A stretch of 64,000 nt of DNA from Podarcis cretensis (lineage: Eukaryota). The notes beneath the pieces are model-generated. The model was not told the origin of the DNA and ran no database searches. It saw only the letters and a list, made by a program, of their open reading frames with translations. Where the stretch lies: NCBI GenBank assembly GCA_951804945.1, contig OX638150.1, positions 36,952,001 to 37,016,000 on the forward strand, read 5' to 3'. A program made the position numbers and the translations under genes. How positions within the stretch are numbered: position 1 is the first letter of the stretch; each line of letters starts with the position of its first letter. Shown piece after piece: positions 13,059-25,112 of the stretch.

Positions 13059-13883
13059 TGTCAGGGGCTCAGGAGCAGAAGCACAAGGAAGAGGGGAGAT
13101 GGAGAGCGAAGGGGAAGAATCTGAGGGCAGCGTAGGAGAAGATGACAGTGGCCCGAGAGATTCCATGAGCCTCTCCAGCGAATCGGAAGATTCACAGAAG
13201 GGGGCGCCGGTGGCCAGGGCAAGGGGGGTCCCAAGGGGGACACTCCAGAAGCAAGGGGCCAGCGGGGAATCCCAGAGCAGCAGTTGGAGATCAGGACCAG
13301 CTTCCCCACCTGAGCATAGTGGGGGGGAAGAGTCCCAGGTATCGGGGGTAGCGTCTCCCCCAGCAGGGAGAGAAGAGGAGTCAGGGCTGACCACGCCTCC
13401 ATCGGAGAGTCAGGCAACGGAGGGGAGGTCAGGTCCAGCTAGCATCCCGGAAGAGGGAAGCAGTGACAGAAGCAGTGTAACGGTCAGGAGGAAGGTCACT
13501 GGGTTGGCGCGAGAGCCAAGTTCAAAAGTACAGGTGCGCAGGGCAGCAGAGAACGAGGATTGGGAACCGGGTCCTAAAGCCCGCCGGAGACAGGGGGAGG
13601 AGTCAGGGGACTCACCGTCAGAAGAGTCCAGAAAGGGGAATGCCCCAGCGGACAGGAGGACCCAGAGGAGAAGAGAGCAGAGGAAGAGGTGGAGCAGGGC
13701 TAGAATCTTAAACTGGTGTCAGGGGGGAGGAGATTCAGACGGAACTTCGGCGGTCTAGGGTTTAAGACGTAGAGCTGCGCGCTACGGCTTTGGAATGGAA
13801 ACTGAACTTCAATAAAGACTTTTGTATATAACGACGACCTGGTGTTGGTCCTCTGTGAGCTGGGACCTTGGACAGCTCTGACA
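13059..13883 (+). mobile_element. Solo LTR of an LTR retrotransposon or ERV (family unassigned)
   Basis: Begins TGTCAG and ends CTGACA (6-bp terminal inverted repeat, TG...CA). Perfect 5-bp TSD GATGT at 13054-13058 and 13884-13888. AATAAA at 13811-13816. GC- and CpG-rich compared with the flanks. Confidence 0.88.
13099..13758 (+). CDS. Putative LTR-encoded 219-aa low-complexity protein (acidic/Ser-Pro N-terminus, Arg-rich C-terminal motif)
   Basis: Longest ORF in the window, wholly inside the LTR. ATG in GAGATGG context; frame also open back to the LTR edge (13060); AATAAA about 50 nt after the stop. No recognised homologue and no evidence of expression. Confidence 0.4.
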   Translation: MESEGEESEGSVGEDDSGPRDSMSLSSESEDSQKGAPVARARGVPRGTLQKQGASGESQSSSWRSGPASPPEHSGGEESQVSGVASPPAGREEESGLTTPPSESQATEGRSGPASIPEEGSSDRSSVTVRRKVTGLAREPSSKVQVRRAAENEDWEPGPKARRRQGEESGDSPSEESRKGNAPADRRTQRRREQRKRWSRARILNWCQGGGDSDGTSAV

Positions 13884-16800
13884 GATGTGATAATCTATTC
13901 AACCAAAATGTAGCACTAACAGAAGCAAGCACAAGGATTCCCACTGGCATAACAAAAATCTCCACCCCCTACTCCACCTTGGGACCCCCAGATCAGATTT
14001 AGGAGGGGAAAGGAGAGGGGTAGAAGGTTCATTTGCACTGCAAAAATCCTTGTGTTGATGGAACCTTAGAGATGGCCGAATACAATCCTTATACCTACAT
14101 ATCAAATGTGAAGAGAAACAGGCCAGAACAATAGGATGGGTGGCAATGCAGAGGACTGTTGTTTGTTTGTCAGAGAACAGGTCTCTTTTTCAAGTCTAGT
14201 TTTAGGAGAGGGGCCCATAATAAGAGAACGCAGGGGTCCAGAAACTGCCTATCAACAGTAAACTGAACAAGCACAGAGCTCACAGTCTTCCCCATTGTGG
14301 TGAGATGTATTGAATTATTATTTAAAATATAGAACTTACACACCCACACACACCCCAAATGCATCTTTTTGGTGATGCATCCGTGGTCACCCTGGCCTGG
14401 CAAAATTCAGCATTTGACACTGCATCAGAAAAGGCAAAGGCAAAGTGAAAATTTCCTATTATTTTCACTGAGGTTTCATAAGCAACCTGAACACACACTT
14501 GGATCACACATTTGGAATCACAACTATGCTTTCTAAAAAAAATGCATCTGCCTCATGGGAGATGGCTTGAAACATTTCTGAATGCAACTCAGCTCCTTCT
14601 GCACTCAGGACAGCTGCGATCAACATATCAATTGAAGGGCAAGGGCTGCAGAGTAATAGAGTTTTGAATTGCATTATTGCCCCGCCCCAACCCTTTAGAT
14701 TCTTCAGATAATAAGTGCAAGCCATTCAGTTGTCTTTGTCCTCTTTGTTCCTGAGAACAAAATGGACCCCCTGCTCTGCCTTCAGTAATGTAGGACTGGA
14801 GAAAGGAGAAGAGTAGCCTGCAGCTTCTGCTCCTGGGTGTAAGATGGACTCCATTATTACTAATAATTTAGCACACAACACAATCCACAAAGTGCTTTGC
14901 AATTGCTCAGCACTTTCCCCGTCAAAGCCACTCTCTGAAGTAGCCAATTACTGGCCCTGCTTCCACAAATGGAGGAGCGAAAAACTGTGAGGTAGCTATT
15001 TGCCCAGGGAAACAATAGTTGAGTTGTTGTGGTTTCTTTAAAATCCTTATTTCCATAGTGCGAGGCTGGCATTTTAGACACCGGACCACACTGGCTCCTT
15101 ATACTTACTCTGACGATAACAAGCACAACTTCAAGCCCATCCACCTCCATCCACACCACTGCACTAACCTTTCCCTGGTGTGTTATGTGATTTATGCAGG
15201 ACCCCATTCTGTCCACAAGCATAAGACTCTGATTTTAATGAGGTGCTCTATAGAAAGGAGATGGCCAGCCTTTCAGCATTCGAGCCGATTTACCTTTGGG
15301 AGTTGTGCAGGTGGTGCTTTTCAGGTCCCTACAGCTTTGCATCAAAGTTCCCTCATCTGCACAATTGTTAATGGTACAGGAACCCTAAAGTTTACAGTCT
15401 GGCCATCCTTCCTATAGAGGATGAGTCTTCTTCCTGGTGGCCTAAGCATTTCTAATGCAAAAAGGCTCATGCAACAGATGTCTTTCCCTTTAATGATTGA
15501 CTCGTTCAGCCCATTCTTTAAACCAAAGGAACTGCATAGCATGCATGTAGCAAAAGCAACATACTGAAACGCTTTGGTGATTTAGAACGATGGAGAGGCA
15601 GAAAAGTCTTTCCAGCAGGAAAGCTGCAGGCAAAACTGAGATTGGGAAGAAATTAGATTCAGATTGCACATAAAAGCAAACCTACCTAATTCGCCCTTTC
15701 TGGAACGGTACCAGAACCAAAACACAGTCATTCTTTGAAATTCACATTTCTCCAAAGGGTTGAAAATGTGAGTCCTATTTCTGGGCTGGTAAAGAATGGA
15801 GTTGTTAAGCACTTGATTGAATTTTTAAGAAAACCCTACAGCTCACATATGCATTGCTGAATAGGCTCCATCCCATCATTTCAGAATGACTGACAGTGCA
15901 GCTCTGTGTGCATCTACTCAGAACTAAGTCCATTTGAGACCAGTAGGACTTCTAGAGCTGAAGCCTTAATTATACAAATTAACAATTATCTTATTCTCCT
16001 CCTTCCCAGAGTTGCGGCCATCATAGAGCAGCAGCTAGCTGTTGTTATCTGAGATTACATGAGTTTTTAAAAAAATGGTTGGTTTCTTGACAGCTAGAAC
16101 ATCTTCTTTGTGGAGATTGCTCAGTCATTACATTTGCCAAGATCGGTGTGCTATTTATTCAAAGATTAGATCTACTCTGGCAACACTGAAATGCAGAGCA
16201 GAAATGTCACCTGGCTGCTCTTTAATTATGAAGGAAGCATCCCCCCCTATTCACCCGCTGAGAAGGATAGATGTTGTTAAGTTCTCAAAGTATTCTTTTG
16301 TGCTGTTTAAACACTAAAAAGGCCCGTGCCACCTGAAAAGACCAACAAATATATTGCAGCATGAGTTTTGTCAGCCAAAGCCACTTTAGCAGAGGCAAAA
16401 TAATACTTCTCTTTTTGTAAGGGAAGCCAAGAGACCGAGTAATGCAAGGGACAGCAGAAGGAGGTGAACTGAGCACGAATGAATGCAAGACCTAGCAAAA
16501 CCATAAGATCGTGTTTATTGTGACCCACTCCCAACCGGTTGTGCTTGTAAGCCCCTGAAGAGGCCAATTGTGTGCTGTACAAAGCCAACCAAGATCTCTA
16601 AACCTACTAAAGGACATCTTGGATATAATACAAGCTCTAGAAATCTCCATCTCCCACTCTGCTCTTTGGTGCTTTTCTTTTTTAAATCTGGATTTATTTT
16701 CAGGTGGAATGAAGGAGATTTGGTAGTCTTTTTATTCATTTTTCGGCATTTTGCCTTAAGCAAGACTCCAAACTCCCAATAACCTTTGGAATGAATCAAG

Positions 16801-18546
16801 GACAGGCTGTTTGCTCAGGTTTCCAGTGAGATACTAGTGTGACTGCTTTCTTCCCTGCGAGGTGTAAGAATCTGAATGTCATCATTGTACGAGAACAGGG
16901 ATTGGGAACCTCAGGCCACAGGGGCCAATTGCAGCTTTCTGGGCCTTTCTGTCTGATCGTTGGAACTCTCCTCATCCTATACCCCCTACCCAGCCCCACA
17001 CCCTCTCCTGAGGCCACATCCTTGATGGGCCCTCCTTTGCCCCCTCCCCGAGTGCTTTTGCCTGGCTGGAGTATGTCCTTGAACTCAGATAATGCTTCAT
17101 GCTTGCCTGGCTGTTGGAACTAGCCTACTGTACAAAGCTAACATTGACACCAATCGCTCCACCTACTTTTTGCCTCTGGCCTCGCCCACTACTGGCATGT
17201 GTGACTCCCGAAAGGTTGCCCAGATAGCAATGTGACCCACAGCCTGATAAATGTTTCCATATCCCTGCAGTAGAATGAGGTAGTGGAAGCTATGCTGGCC
17301 CCTTCTTTATAGCAATGGCTCTTTGCCAATTGATTATACCAGTAGTGGATCTGTCCAAGCTTCCTCCATGCAGATGCCTTTTGATACTGCCGCAAATGGT
17401 TGTGGGTTGTTGTTTTTTGGCAGTTTAAAAACTTGGCAGGTGTAATTTCACTCCTTAGTTTATATTCCTAAAATGACTAAGAAACTCTTGGCAAGGTAAT
17501 GTCCTTGGAAGTTAAAGTAAGGTTGGTGGTTTTTAATTACAAAAATCATAATGCAAGAGCTTCAGTTCCCAGACAGAAGACATGCCTACACTAGTTGTCT
17601 TTTATAGCTGAGTTTATATACATGGCATCTGTAATGCACATCCGACCTGCTGAACCTACGCTGTAAGAAAAAGCTTCAATTTCAGAGAGAGTCAACTCTC
17701 CTTAACCTTTTTGGGGGGATGGGGGTGGCGCAAGTGGGGCCATTTCATACATTACAGAGGCAAACAGGGGTTTTAGTTATTTAAATATCATCATCACCAC
17801 CACTGATTTATTAATTGCTTTCTAAACAATCTCAAACTGATTTACTTAGAATATAATTGAAAACTGTTAAAAACACCCAAAAAACAACTGTATTTAAAAC
17901 AAAACCCTACCAAGTGGACACTCATGGGAAAGACCCACTGGGAAAACCTATAGGAACAAAAATGTCTCCACATGTTTGTGGAAAGGGCAGATAGTGGGTG
18001 CCTGTCATAATTTGACAGGAATCCTATTTTATAGATCGGGGCAGCCACACTGAAAGCTCTGCTCTAAGTTACTGTGCAGCAAGCTTCTGAGATCTCTGGT
18101 ACTTGCAAGAGAAACATTCCCACGGACCACAGCAATCTACTGGGTGTATAAGGGCCTCCAATAGAGCCCCCTCAAGGGAGCTTCAAAGATGATAACACAT
18201 TACACAACAGCCCTTATAGAAGATCAGATCAGATTCCAGAAAGGGGGCACGTGTGTGTGTGTGTGTGTGTGTGTGTTTCAGTCTTTGCCTTTGGCACAGT
18301 TCTGCTGTTCCCTCAGTTTAAGGCTCTTGTTGCAGATGCTTTGAGGAAGTGCTGTGGGAGTTTTTGTCCATCATTCTCTCCCATGACATCCCTCTTGCTG
18401 CCAGAATGGCTGTCTTTGGCGATTGGCTCTGCAATTTCAAAGCACTGTTGTTTTGGGACAGAGGGACCTCTTCCTTCTTTCTGACAAGTCTGGATGCCTG
18501 ACAAGAATGAATCAAAGTTTATATCTCTTTTTCACGTACTCTTCAG

Positions 18547-18659
18547 GTACCATCCAGCAGTTGGCTTGATGGAGAGGATCCAGGCGATTGCTCAGAACGT
18601 CTCGGACATTGCAATGAAGGTGGATCAGATTCTTCGCAACAGCCTCCTAAACGGAAAAT
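18547..18659 (+). CDS. MGAT5B: MGAT5B internal coding exon (approx. exon 4 by human numbering); stem region
   Basis: Acceptor ...cttcag|G, donor AAA T|gtaaga. Encodes (R)YHPAVGLMERIQAIAQNVSDIAMKVDQILRNSLLNGK, matching recalled human GLMERIQAIAQNVSDIAVKVDQILR. 113 bp; its phase-1 end joins the next exon (T+CG=Ser). Confidence 0.95.
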
Positions 18660-18971
18660 GTAAGAAAACCAGCAGGCTCACCAAAAAAGATGATCCGAGA
18701 GTGTGACATCTGCTTATATATTTTTATCGAAATGTTACTGGGTGCCATTGTATGCATGTACTCACATACATGTGTACAAGTTACAGTTTGTTTCACTTAG
18801 ACCAGGGGGAATTAGCAATCTGGCAAGAAACCAGGGCTTAGAATTGAGGAATATTTGATTTATTACAAGAGAGAGAAATATTGATCGCTATGCAGGCCAT
18901 TACATTCAATTGGACTAGCAATGTGTGGGTTAAATGAAAGGAGAGGATAGCTGGGACAACAGAGATAGCAG

Positions 18972-19313
18972 GGTAAAGGTAAAGGTAAAGGTAAAGGGAC
19001 CCCTGACCATTAGGTCCAATCGTAGCCGACTCTGGGGTTGCAGCGCTCATCTCGCTCTATAGGCCGAGGGAGCCTGTATACAGCTTCCGGGGCATGTGGC
19101 CAGCATGACTACGCCGCTTCTGGAGAACCAGAGCAGTGCACGGAAATGCCATTTACCTTCCCACTGGAGCGGCACCTACTTGCACTTTGATGTGCTTTCG
19201 AACTGCTAGGTTGGCAGGAGCAGGGACCAAACAACGGGAGCTCACCCCGTCACAGGGATTCGAACCGCCCACCTTCTGATCGGCAAGTCCTGGGCTCTGT
19301 GGTTTAACCCACA
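18972..19313 (-). mobile_element. Sauria SINE (Squam1-type), slightly 5'-truncated
   Basis: (GGTAAA)n, the reverse complement of the (ACCTTT)n tail. Body alignable to the other six copies, with B-box-like GGTTCGAATCC on the minus strand. Confidence 0.9.
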
Positions 19314-19762
19314 CCAAATCCAGTGAAGGAAAGGGCAATAGAAGCCAAGCAGACATGCAGTGAAGTTAGCCAGTTTGATGCTGGAGGTTAGAATTAAACA
19401 GGGTTGGCTGGGAGAAGCCTGGCTCTTGGCAGAATGAGGGCAATAGAAATATAGAAGTAAGAGCCGGAAAAGAAAAATAGAATGTGGATAGTGTATGAGA
19501 AAAGAGGGAGGGAGAGAAAAAAGTTTCTTTGGTGGGAGATGCTTGTGGAACTACTTGGGTGGTCAGTTGTGGGAAGCGGGGGGCTAGCAGAGCAGTACAA
19601 GGTTTCCCCAAGCAGAGGCTGCATGTTCCTTTAGGTCCCTAACTAAACATATGGCATAATTGCAGAAATGGAAATGAGGTGTGGGACACTGGGAAGGAGA
19701 TGATAGGAAGAGGAGTGAAGCTGATGTAGGGATGGGGCAATCAGGAGTGGAACAGTCTAGTC

Positions 19763-19895
19763 CAGGCGTAGGCAAACTCGGCCCTCCAGATGTTTTGGGA
19801 CTACAACTCCCATCATCCTTGACTGGTCCTGTTAGCTAGGGGTGATGGGAGTTGTAGTCACAAAACATCTGGAGGGCTGAGTTTGCCTGTGTCTG
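19763..19895. mobile_element. Palindromic hAT-type MITE (GGACTACAACTCCCATCATCC core)
   Basis: Inverted arms CAGGCGTAGGCAAACTC...GAGTTTGCCTGTGTCTG; same core as 59105-59240; no clear TSD. Confidence 0.8.
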
Positions 19896-20904
19896 ATTGA
19901 TGAGAAGACCCACAAGGACTAGAAGAAGCCCAAGGACTGGAAATGCAGATAAAGAGTTTATCTAGAACAAAGGGGCAGGGAACTGATCTAGAGAAGAGTA
20001 CTTAGAGAAAATCCCACTCCTACTATAAGGAGTAAAGGCAAAGGTATGTGGAGTGCAAATGGAGTAGTGTGTGGAGATACCTGCTGGAGGATTCTGAGTT
20101 ATGCCAATGCATGCTAATGTTTCTCCTGCCTGGTGTATTTAGGCATGCAGCGTCCTTTATTACGGCAGCCCTACTGTCCAACCAGTAAGCTGTGGCTCTT
20201 TGCACAATGCAATTGCATGTCAATGAAAGAAGCCAAAACGAAATCAAGCCCAACGGGAAAGTACAAAACAACAAGTTGAGATGAACAAAATGCGAACAAA
20301 TGCAGAGCTTGAAGTTATGCAAACACTTAATCCAGAATATACATTGTATAACTACACAGATTAAAAGCAGCAACCTATAAGCCACTCCAAAATAAATCCG
20401 CACAATAATCGGCTACATACCTGCCAGGTGGGGGATTATCAAGAGGACAAGAAGGATGGTTCCACTCAGCCATCTGGCAGCAAAATGAATAATTGCTCAA
20501 CACTGGAAAGTCTGCCCTTCTCCAGGCACAGAAAATGGGGTGAAAGACCACCTGTAACTAGCAGCCCATGGGAAACTTCTACTCTGTGAACTAGATAAAA
20601 AGCCAAGCTTCCCAGGGATTTGGAGTGTATTTTTGGAACTCTTGCACAACTGGAAAAAGTGGGAGGCATGTTGCAGTGATGGAAACTTCCATAACTTAAT
20701 AGATCTTAATCTGTGACAAGAGCAGACACTCATTTATCCCAACCCTTATCTCCTTATCTGAGCATGCAATCATGAGCACCATATAACATGCTAACTCACT
20801 GAATGTCAGAGATGAAAATGCTGTAGCTGGGGGGGGGGTGGAGAGAGAGGAATAAGATTGGAGGAAGGGAAGCTGGGAGAGGGGAGGGCAAGTCGGGGAC
20901 TGTA

Positions 20905-21130
20905 CAGTGGTACCTCGGGTTAAGTACTTAATTCGTTCCGGAGGTCCGTTCTTAACCTGAAACTGTTCTTAACCTGAAGCACCACTTTAGCTAATGGGGC
21001 CTCCTGCTGCTGCCTCACCACCCAAGCACGATTTCTGTTCTCATCCTGAAGCAAAGTTCTTAACCTGAAGCACTATTTCTGGGTTAGCGGAGTCTGTAAC
21101 CTGAAGCGTATGTAACCTGAGGTACCACTG
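20905..21130. mobile_element. Tc1/mariner (Tigger-like) MITE, opposite orientation to the 3015 and 4413 copies
   Basis: TA|CAGTGGTACCTC...GAGGTACCACTG|TA. Confidence 0.9.
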
Positions 21131-24100
21131 TACTGTTCTATTGCAATAATGTGAAAACCCCAATGAACTATGGATAACAAATGCAATTCTTTCTCTCCTT
21201 CTCTCTCTCTCTCTGCACCCCCCCCCCCAGCATATAAAACAAACAACCACTGGTGGCCTTCTCAGGGTAATCAGTATGAGTAACTTCCTTCATAACACGT
21301 ATTTATGCATAACTGATAACCATATGCATTTGACTGTTTTAGTCTTCCTCAGCGGTCTATCGTAATTTTAATAGTACCAATAACTCTTCCGTAACCCCTG
21401 GGGTACATATAAGTGTAAACCAAACCTTTCAGTCATGCTCCTTGTTAGCCTTTAGGTGAATTTTTGTTTGTGGTGCTGTCTTTTTTGCAGAGGAAATTGG
21501 CATGTGGGCATATAAATAAGCCTCTTAATGTGTGGTCTACTTTGCCCTGGTAAAGAATACTATACAGTATTCAGTATTAAGTGGAGACACCACTGACTGC
21601 TTAGTGATCCACGGTATTTGGCAAATTGGCCTAAAAAGCATGATGACATTTCTTTCAAAACAAATGTGCAGAATGTGATTTGGGACTAAAGATAGATACC
21701 TTTATCCTTGGGACATCACAGGAAGCCAGCTGTGCAGATTGCACAGGCTGGCCTCATCCACTGCTGTTCTCAATCAGCTGTATGGATGTGAAACATGACA
21801 TATGTCTGTACCATAGGGATCAGAGGCAGCCCAGTAGATTCAGGGCAACTTGCACATGACCTCAGAATCTTTTCCTTTCATCCTCAGCCTGCTTCTAACA
21901 TCCTTTATTCCGATATGTCTGAAATTGAGAACAGAAATGGACAAAGCCATTTGGCTCCACCCTGGAAAAAGTTGGGCAGGACTGAAGTTGAAATTCTGCC
22001 CATCAAATCTGAAATTTCTGTGAGCAGGGCTCCTTCTAGAATGGGAGCTTTGTACACACTTTAAAGGACATTTGAAACATATTCTTTCCCTTCAAATAAT
22101 TCTTGTCACTATGTGTGTGTGTGTGTGTTTTAAGGTTTTTTGTGTCCCAAAGCAAACAGATAAGCAGAGAGAGGTACATATATTGTCTCCACTTTCAATT
22201 ATGCTAGGCAATAGAATGAAAGAACAATACCCACCATCCCTCTCTCCCGTCACCATCCATCTGCAAGATGTCTATGACAAAAGTGTCTCTCACCAAACAG
22301 AAACCATCTTGTCATTGTAGTTAAGCCCTCACAGAGTTATGGTTCCCCAAAACTCTATGACTTAATCTACAGTGCCCAGAGTTCTTTGAGGGGGGCTACA
22401 TGTGCTTCAAATGTGCTTTAAAGGTACAGTATGCATGCAGCCTCAAAAGGTTTGTCAGTCTCTGATTGATTGCCCTTGATATATGCTACGTCCGGCAAAA
22501 GGTTCCTTCACAGAGGAAGAGGCATTGTCTGGTTCTGCTCTGATCCTAACAGGAAGCTAGGGAGCATAACATGGACAGAAAAGGGTTAAACATCCCCTGC
22601 CCATCATCTAAACAGTTTAGCTGATCATGTGTCAAAATTTACATGGCCCAGTCCTCTGCTTGAAAGTCTGTCAAAGTGAGGCTTTATAGTTATTTGTTTG
22701 TGGTGTTTCAGGGATGCCAGCTTCTCCAGCTTATTGTGATGTCCGGACATCACGTACACGACATTGTGAGGAGCCAGGGGTGGAGCCAAACACTCTCTGA
22801 AAATTGAGGGTGCCCGGCTCCCTCAAAAATTACATTGGGAAAACTGCCTTGGCCCCTAAGAGTCAGCACCTATGTGGTGTTTGTGCCTCAGCATTTAACC
22901 AAGAAAAAAGCAGTAGAAAGTCCCTTCCCACAGGCTCACATTCTGAGAAGACATGGAACATGAGGAAAAAGGAATGGGAGGAAGGAGGGGAAAGCAAGCT
23001 CCAGCAGAAGTCCTGCCCAGTTCAGTCCTGTTTAAAGAAGGGAAAACAGGGGCCTCAAAATTGCCCATCAACAGTTAATACTTTTGGTAGCACATAGGTC
23101 ACCTGGCCACAGTCTCCCCCATTATGGCGAGATGTATGGTGTTTCCCTTTAAATTATAGCAATTATTTCTAAATTTTCACGAAGACATATAAAGTCAGCA
23201 TATGCAAACCTCTATCCCTTTTGTCTACCTTTCTTGGTGGTGTGTTTCCTCTTTTCTGGCAATGCCGAAATGACCAGCCTAAAATGGGTCATTGGGCTTC
23301 ACGCACATTTGTAGGCAGTGTTTTGAGACTTGGTATCTTCATTACATTTGTAGGTAATTGTTTGAGACCTGGGATTTGTTGTGTTTTCCAAATGCACAAG
23401 CAAAGTGCACCTGACCATTCCTGCTGCGGAAAGCAAGCACCCTCAGATACCGTGTTTGTCACATGCAGGGCTGGGAGGGTTAGGTTTCTGCCCATGTCCC
23501 TGTCTTGGTAGCATTCTCTCTAGCGGCTTTCTCTAAAAGTGCTCCCGGCCATTTATTTCCCCTCATACATCATAAGATAAACAACCGATGGCATCGTTCC
23601 ACTGCTGCCCCTCTCCTGCACTACAAGAAGTGAGCTGTACCTCTCCTCATCTTTCTTCCTACCACATCGTTAAAAACAGGTGAAACTGATTCATTGGGAT
23701 TTGCAGATTCAGTTCTCTTAGGCAGCTTAGGGAAGGAGTTGGGGAGGGTGTGGGGAGAGAGAAGAACTCTTTAATGCTGGCCTCACATGACTCTTCGGGA
23801 AAGGAAGAGTTAATGTCTGCAAAGCACTTGGTGAGCTGAGCACACCATACATCATTAGCAGGAAAGCTAACAGTCAGAGAACTGCAACTCTGGTACCTAA
23901 GTCAGCAGCAGTAGCAGCACACTGCAGGGAAGAAATGTGTTCCTATGGCAGCGCACATCCATTGTGGGGGCGCTTGTCTGCACTTCCCACTTCAACACCC
24001 CTTCTTGGCGTGTGACACAACTAACACCCACCCTCTTTTCCAGTGGGTTAATGTGCTAAGAAGGGGATTACTGAGGAAATCATTTTAATCATGCAACAAT

Positions 24101-24763
24101 GATGTGTTTGTTTCCTACTAATCCACCAAAGAAAATAATCCCCAACAGACACCATTAAAAATGCTTGCCTTGAATCCCACAAGGACCTGTAAACCTCTCC
24201 TTTGAAAGCTTGATTTATCCACCTTTTTGTGTTTGTTTCCCATCTTCCCCATTGCTCACAACTCTCCGCTTTCTCCTGCTGCAGGATGGGTTTTGAAGCT
24301 AACTTTAATGATGCTATGATTTTACTTAGGGGCAAAGATTCCCATAGAGTCTGCCATTCTTGTTTGCCATGCCTTGCTTTTTAAAAATTAAATAAGTTGG
24401 AAGCTGACACGGAATTGGGCAATTGTCGTAGAATGGCTACAGAGCTCCGTTATTAGCCTATGGGTTGTCAAGCCAGAGGACTAGCAATAGTCACAAGCTG
24501 GGCCTTACACCAGAGCTTCATTTGCACACGCACACACACATGAAACTAGCACTGGAGGCAAGTTAAAAATGGGTGCTCACTTTTTAAACATTTACACTAC
24601 TAAAATTCAAAGTTCTTTAAGTGGTCTCTGTGAAGTCCCATAGCATGGCCACCCTGACTGCCGCCTGAGAGACATCATTGAAAATGTCTCTTCCTTTCTT
24701 GGTCCTTTAGGGGCGTTGCCATTTCCTCTCCCCTTAGTTTTGTCCAGTGCCTAGTTTAGCATT

Positions 24764-25112
24764 AAAGGTAAACGGGCCCCTGACCATTAGGTCCAGTCGT
24801 GGCCGACTCTGGGGTTGCAGTACTCATCTTGCTTTACTGGCCAAGGGAGCCGGTGTATAGCTTCCGGGTCATGTGGCCAGCATGACTAAGCCGCTTCTGG
24901 TGAACCAGAGCAGCACACGGAAATGCCATTTACCTTCCTGCCGGAGCACTACCTATTTATCTAGTTGCACTGGTGTGTTTTCGAACTGCTAGGTTGGCAG
25001 GAGCAGGGACCGAGCAACGGGAGCTCACCCCGTCGCGGGGATTCGAACTGCCGACCTTCTGATTGGCAAGTCCTAGGCTCTGTGGTTTAACCCACAGCAC
25101 CACCCATGTCCC
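24764..25112 (-). mobile_element. Sauria SINE
   Basis: Full-length copy; degenerate TSD tagtttagcatta / tagtatagtatta. Confidence 0.9.

Noticed and set aside
13041-13417. Two minus-strand ORFs (117 and 118 aa) overlapping the LTR
   Set aside because: Pro/Ser/Leu-rich shadows of the purine-rich + strand; one runs out of the element into host flank.
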